Shown here in pieces: positions 62,060 to 64,000 of a DNA stretch of 64,000 nucleotides. The position numbers and the translations under genes are program-made. Under the pieces are notes generated by a model, which was not told where the DNA came from, made no database searches, and was given only the letters and a program-made list of their open reading frames with translations. Source of the stretch: Raillietiella orientalis (taxonomy: Eukaryota); NCBI GenBank assembly GCA_036172245.1, contig JAYWIR010000039.1, positions 682,001 through 746,000 on the forward strand. Reading direction: 5' to 3'. Each line of letters begins with the position of its first letter. Positions within the stretch are counted from its first letter, which is position 1.

Positions 62060-62880
62060 CAGGATGCAATAACATGCTATTTAAGGAACTATGGCTGCGT
62101 TCGGGAGGAGATGAGAGTGATAAGAGTGCACCTTATTGCCCATAAAACTCTGGAGCATGCCAGAGGGGAAGTGCGCGAGTGCCAGTGAATCACCTCGAAA
62201 GATACGGCATCATCATCATTCAGAGAGCACATACAGGAAGGATGCTTGTTCGAAACAGGGATCACATGAGATGGTGTTGATTTCTTCGGCTGGATTTAGT
62301 GAGCACCTTGTTAGCGATTCGACGAAACTTCCTCCCATCAGCAAATGTTCCCGGTCCAAGTCATTCTTGGTCCCCAAGTATGGGAGTGACTACGCGAAAC
62401 AGATCGGAGGCAGTTTCGGAGCACACGTGGTAGCCGCATTTGTCTCCAGCCTCGTCACGCAGCTACTAGTAGGCTTCGCCCGAAAGCAGAGAAGAGACTA
62501 CAGAGAGGGCACGGCAGCTTGGGCGCGACCTCAAGAGCAATGCAGGCTGGTTTAATTGGAACTCTGAGAAGGCAGAAAGGTCGCCCCTATTCCGCCGCCT
62601 CGAATCAGCCAGCGACTGCTCAACGGCAAGAAAAAGATACGGATGGGAGGGGATGCAGCGGTCGTTTGGGATTCTTGTCTGCTGCTAATGTTCAGCAAGG
62701 AGCTCCTCCTGATAATTTCGAATGACGAAGTGCCGTTATTCAGTTGCGACCCATTCCCTATTCATAGTTTTGAACACATAACGTATGCATAGAAAATTGT
62801 ATTGGAGCTCTTCGAAATGTCCCATATTTAGCGGATGAGCCTGCAGGGACGGAGTTCCTGCATAATCCGGAGGTAATGCT
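62060..62880 (+). mobile_element. PIF/Harbinger transposase remnant
   Basis: IGGSFGAHV (cf. GAIDGTHV), WDS (cf. GDSGY) and HNVCIENCIGALR (cf. RxxIExxFGxLK), in order. Stops and frameshifts present. Confidence 0.5.
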
Positions 62881-64000
62881 CCATGGTTGCCTGGCACAGG
62901 AGAAACGGGAGCTTGCATTATTTATTGTGGTCTGGTTGCGCGTGTCTTTTAACGCGCGAAATCTTTTCGGTGCGGCCCGGACGCGCGAATTTCATTTTTG
63001 AAAAATAAAAAGCAAAAATAAAAGCGAGAGCATGCATCGCCTGGAACCGAACCTCCAGCAAGAGAGATCTTGAACCGTGATGCTGCGACGAAAGATCCAA
63101 TATTCCTTTCTGGCGACAGATCTGTGTCCCGAGATCTTTGGAACTCGGCCGTTGCTACGCCACGGTAATCCGGTAAGGCGTGCCCACGCGTTAAAATTAC
63201 ACTGCTAAACGGCAGCCCTGACTTCCCTATCCCTCAAGAGAGGGGTGCAGGTTTGCTCGAACCGTTCCTCAATGCAGAAGGCTCTTCGGGTGGAAGCACC
63301 AGCCGCTCTTGAGCTGCTCTTGTTCGTGTCCCCAGAACACTCACAGACTGTGTTTCTGCTGGAGTTTTGCCGGCAGCAACGGGTTGGTTTTCATCCTGCA
63401 CTTCTAGTCAAAGTGCTGAAAGACTGTCCTTTTCTTATCGTCGGAGCTTGCGAAGACCTTCCGCGAGAGGGTCCCGATGTGCTTTTTCCAAAGACTGTTG
63501 ACCCGACCTCTCAGACTCGAACATCGATCCTTCGACGTGCGTCCTCCTTGGACGATCTCCTTGGTTTGAGTTTGATCAAGACCGCCTGCCTGCTTTTGCT
63601 CTCTGCGGTTCTCCCTCAAGCTTCTAGGATCGCAGATTTCCCCTTAAACAGCTATCTTTTGTCAATGCTGATTCTGATGACGAGACGCATGTCTGACCTG
63701 CACCGGAAACTGAGGACCTCCTATTTGAAGGAGAACATTCCTGCTGGGCCTGAGCCGAGGCCTCGTTTGCCACAATCGGTTGACGGCTTTCCTGCGTGAA
63801 GTTTCCAGAACGGTGATCTGGGGGGCCTCGTATCGCGCGCCGCGCCGCAGGCGCTGGCGCATCAGGAGTGCTATTTCGGTTTCGCTATCCGTCCTTCGCG
63901 AGGTCTCATCCGAGGGAAAGAGCACCGCAAGTCCAGAGGGAAGAATCTTCCGCGGAGCATCTCCGAGGAGCTGAGTGGGAGAGCCGCCACCGGCTTAGAA

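Noticed and set aside
63211..63220. hAT-like terminal repeat GGCAGCCCTG
   Set aside because: No matching left end or 8-bp TSD found in the window.

Overview
This is eukaryotic, probably invertebrate/arthropod-like, GC- and CpG-rich genomic DNA made up mostly of decayed transposable elements. It has no intact long ORF, and nearly all ORFs in the supplied track look spurious. The recognisable content is: (1) many 3' fragments of L1/Tx1-like non-LTR retrotransposons, one family having a conserved, hairpin-rich 3' end with no poly(A); (2) remnants of REL-endonuclease (NeSL/Utopia/HERO-like) retrotransposons; (3) three copies of a long tRNA-headed SINE, two of them interrupted by insertions flanked by short direct repeats; (4) an intronless pseudogene of the class IA PI3K regulatory subunit (nSH2-iSH2-cSH2); (5) hAT, Tc1/mariner and PIF/Harbinger transposase remnants; (6) a CpG-island-like region at about 47-50.4 kb with a convincing class A GPCR TM1 exon and candidate upstream exons; (7) a 303-bp near-perfect inverted repeat just downstream of that exon; (8) several short perfect palindromes that look like snap-back repair scars. 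All protein-family calls come from motif recognition by eye, not database searches. Boundaries of decayed elements are approximate.
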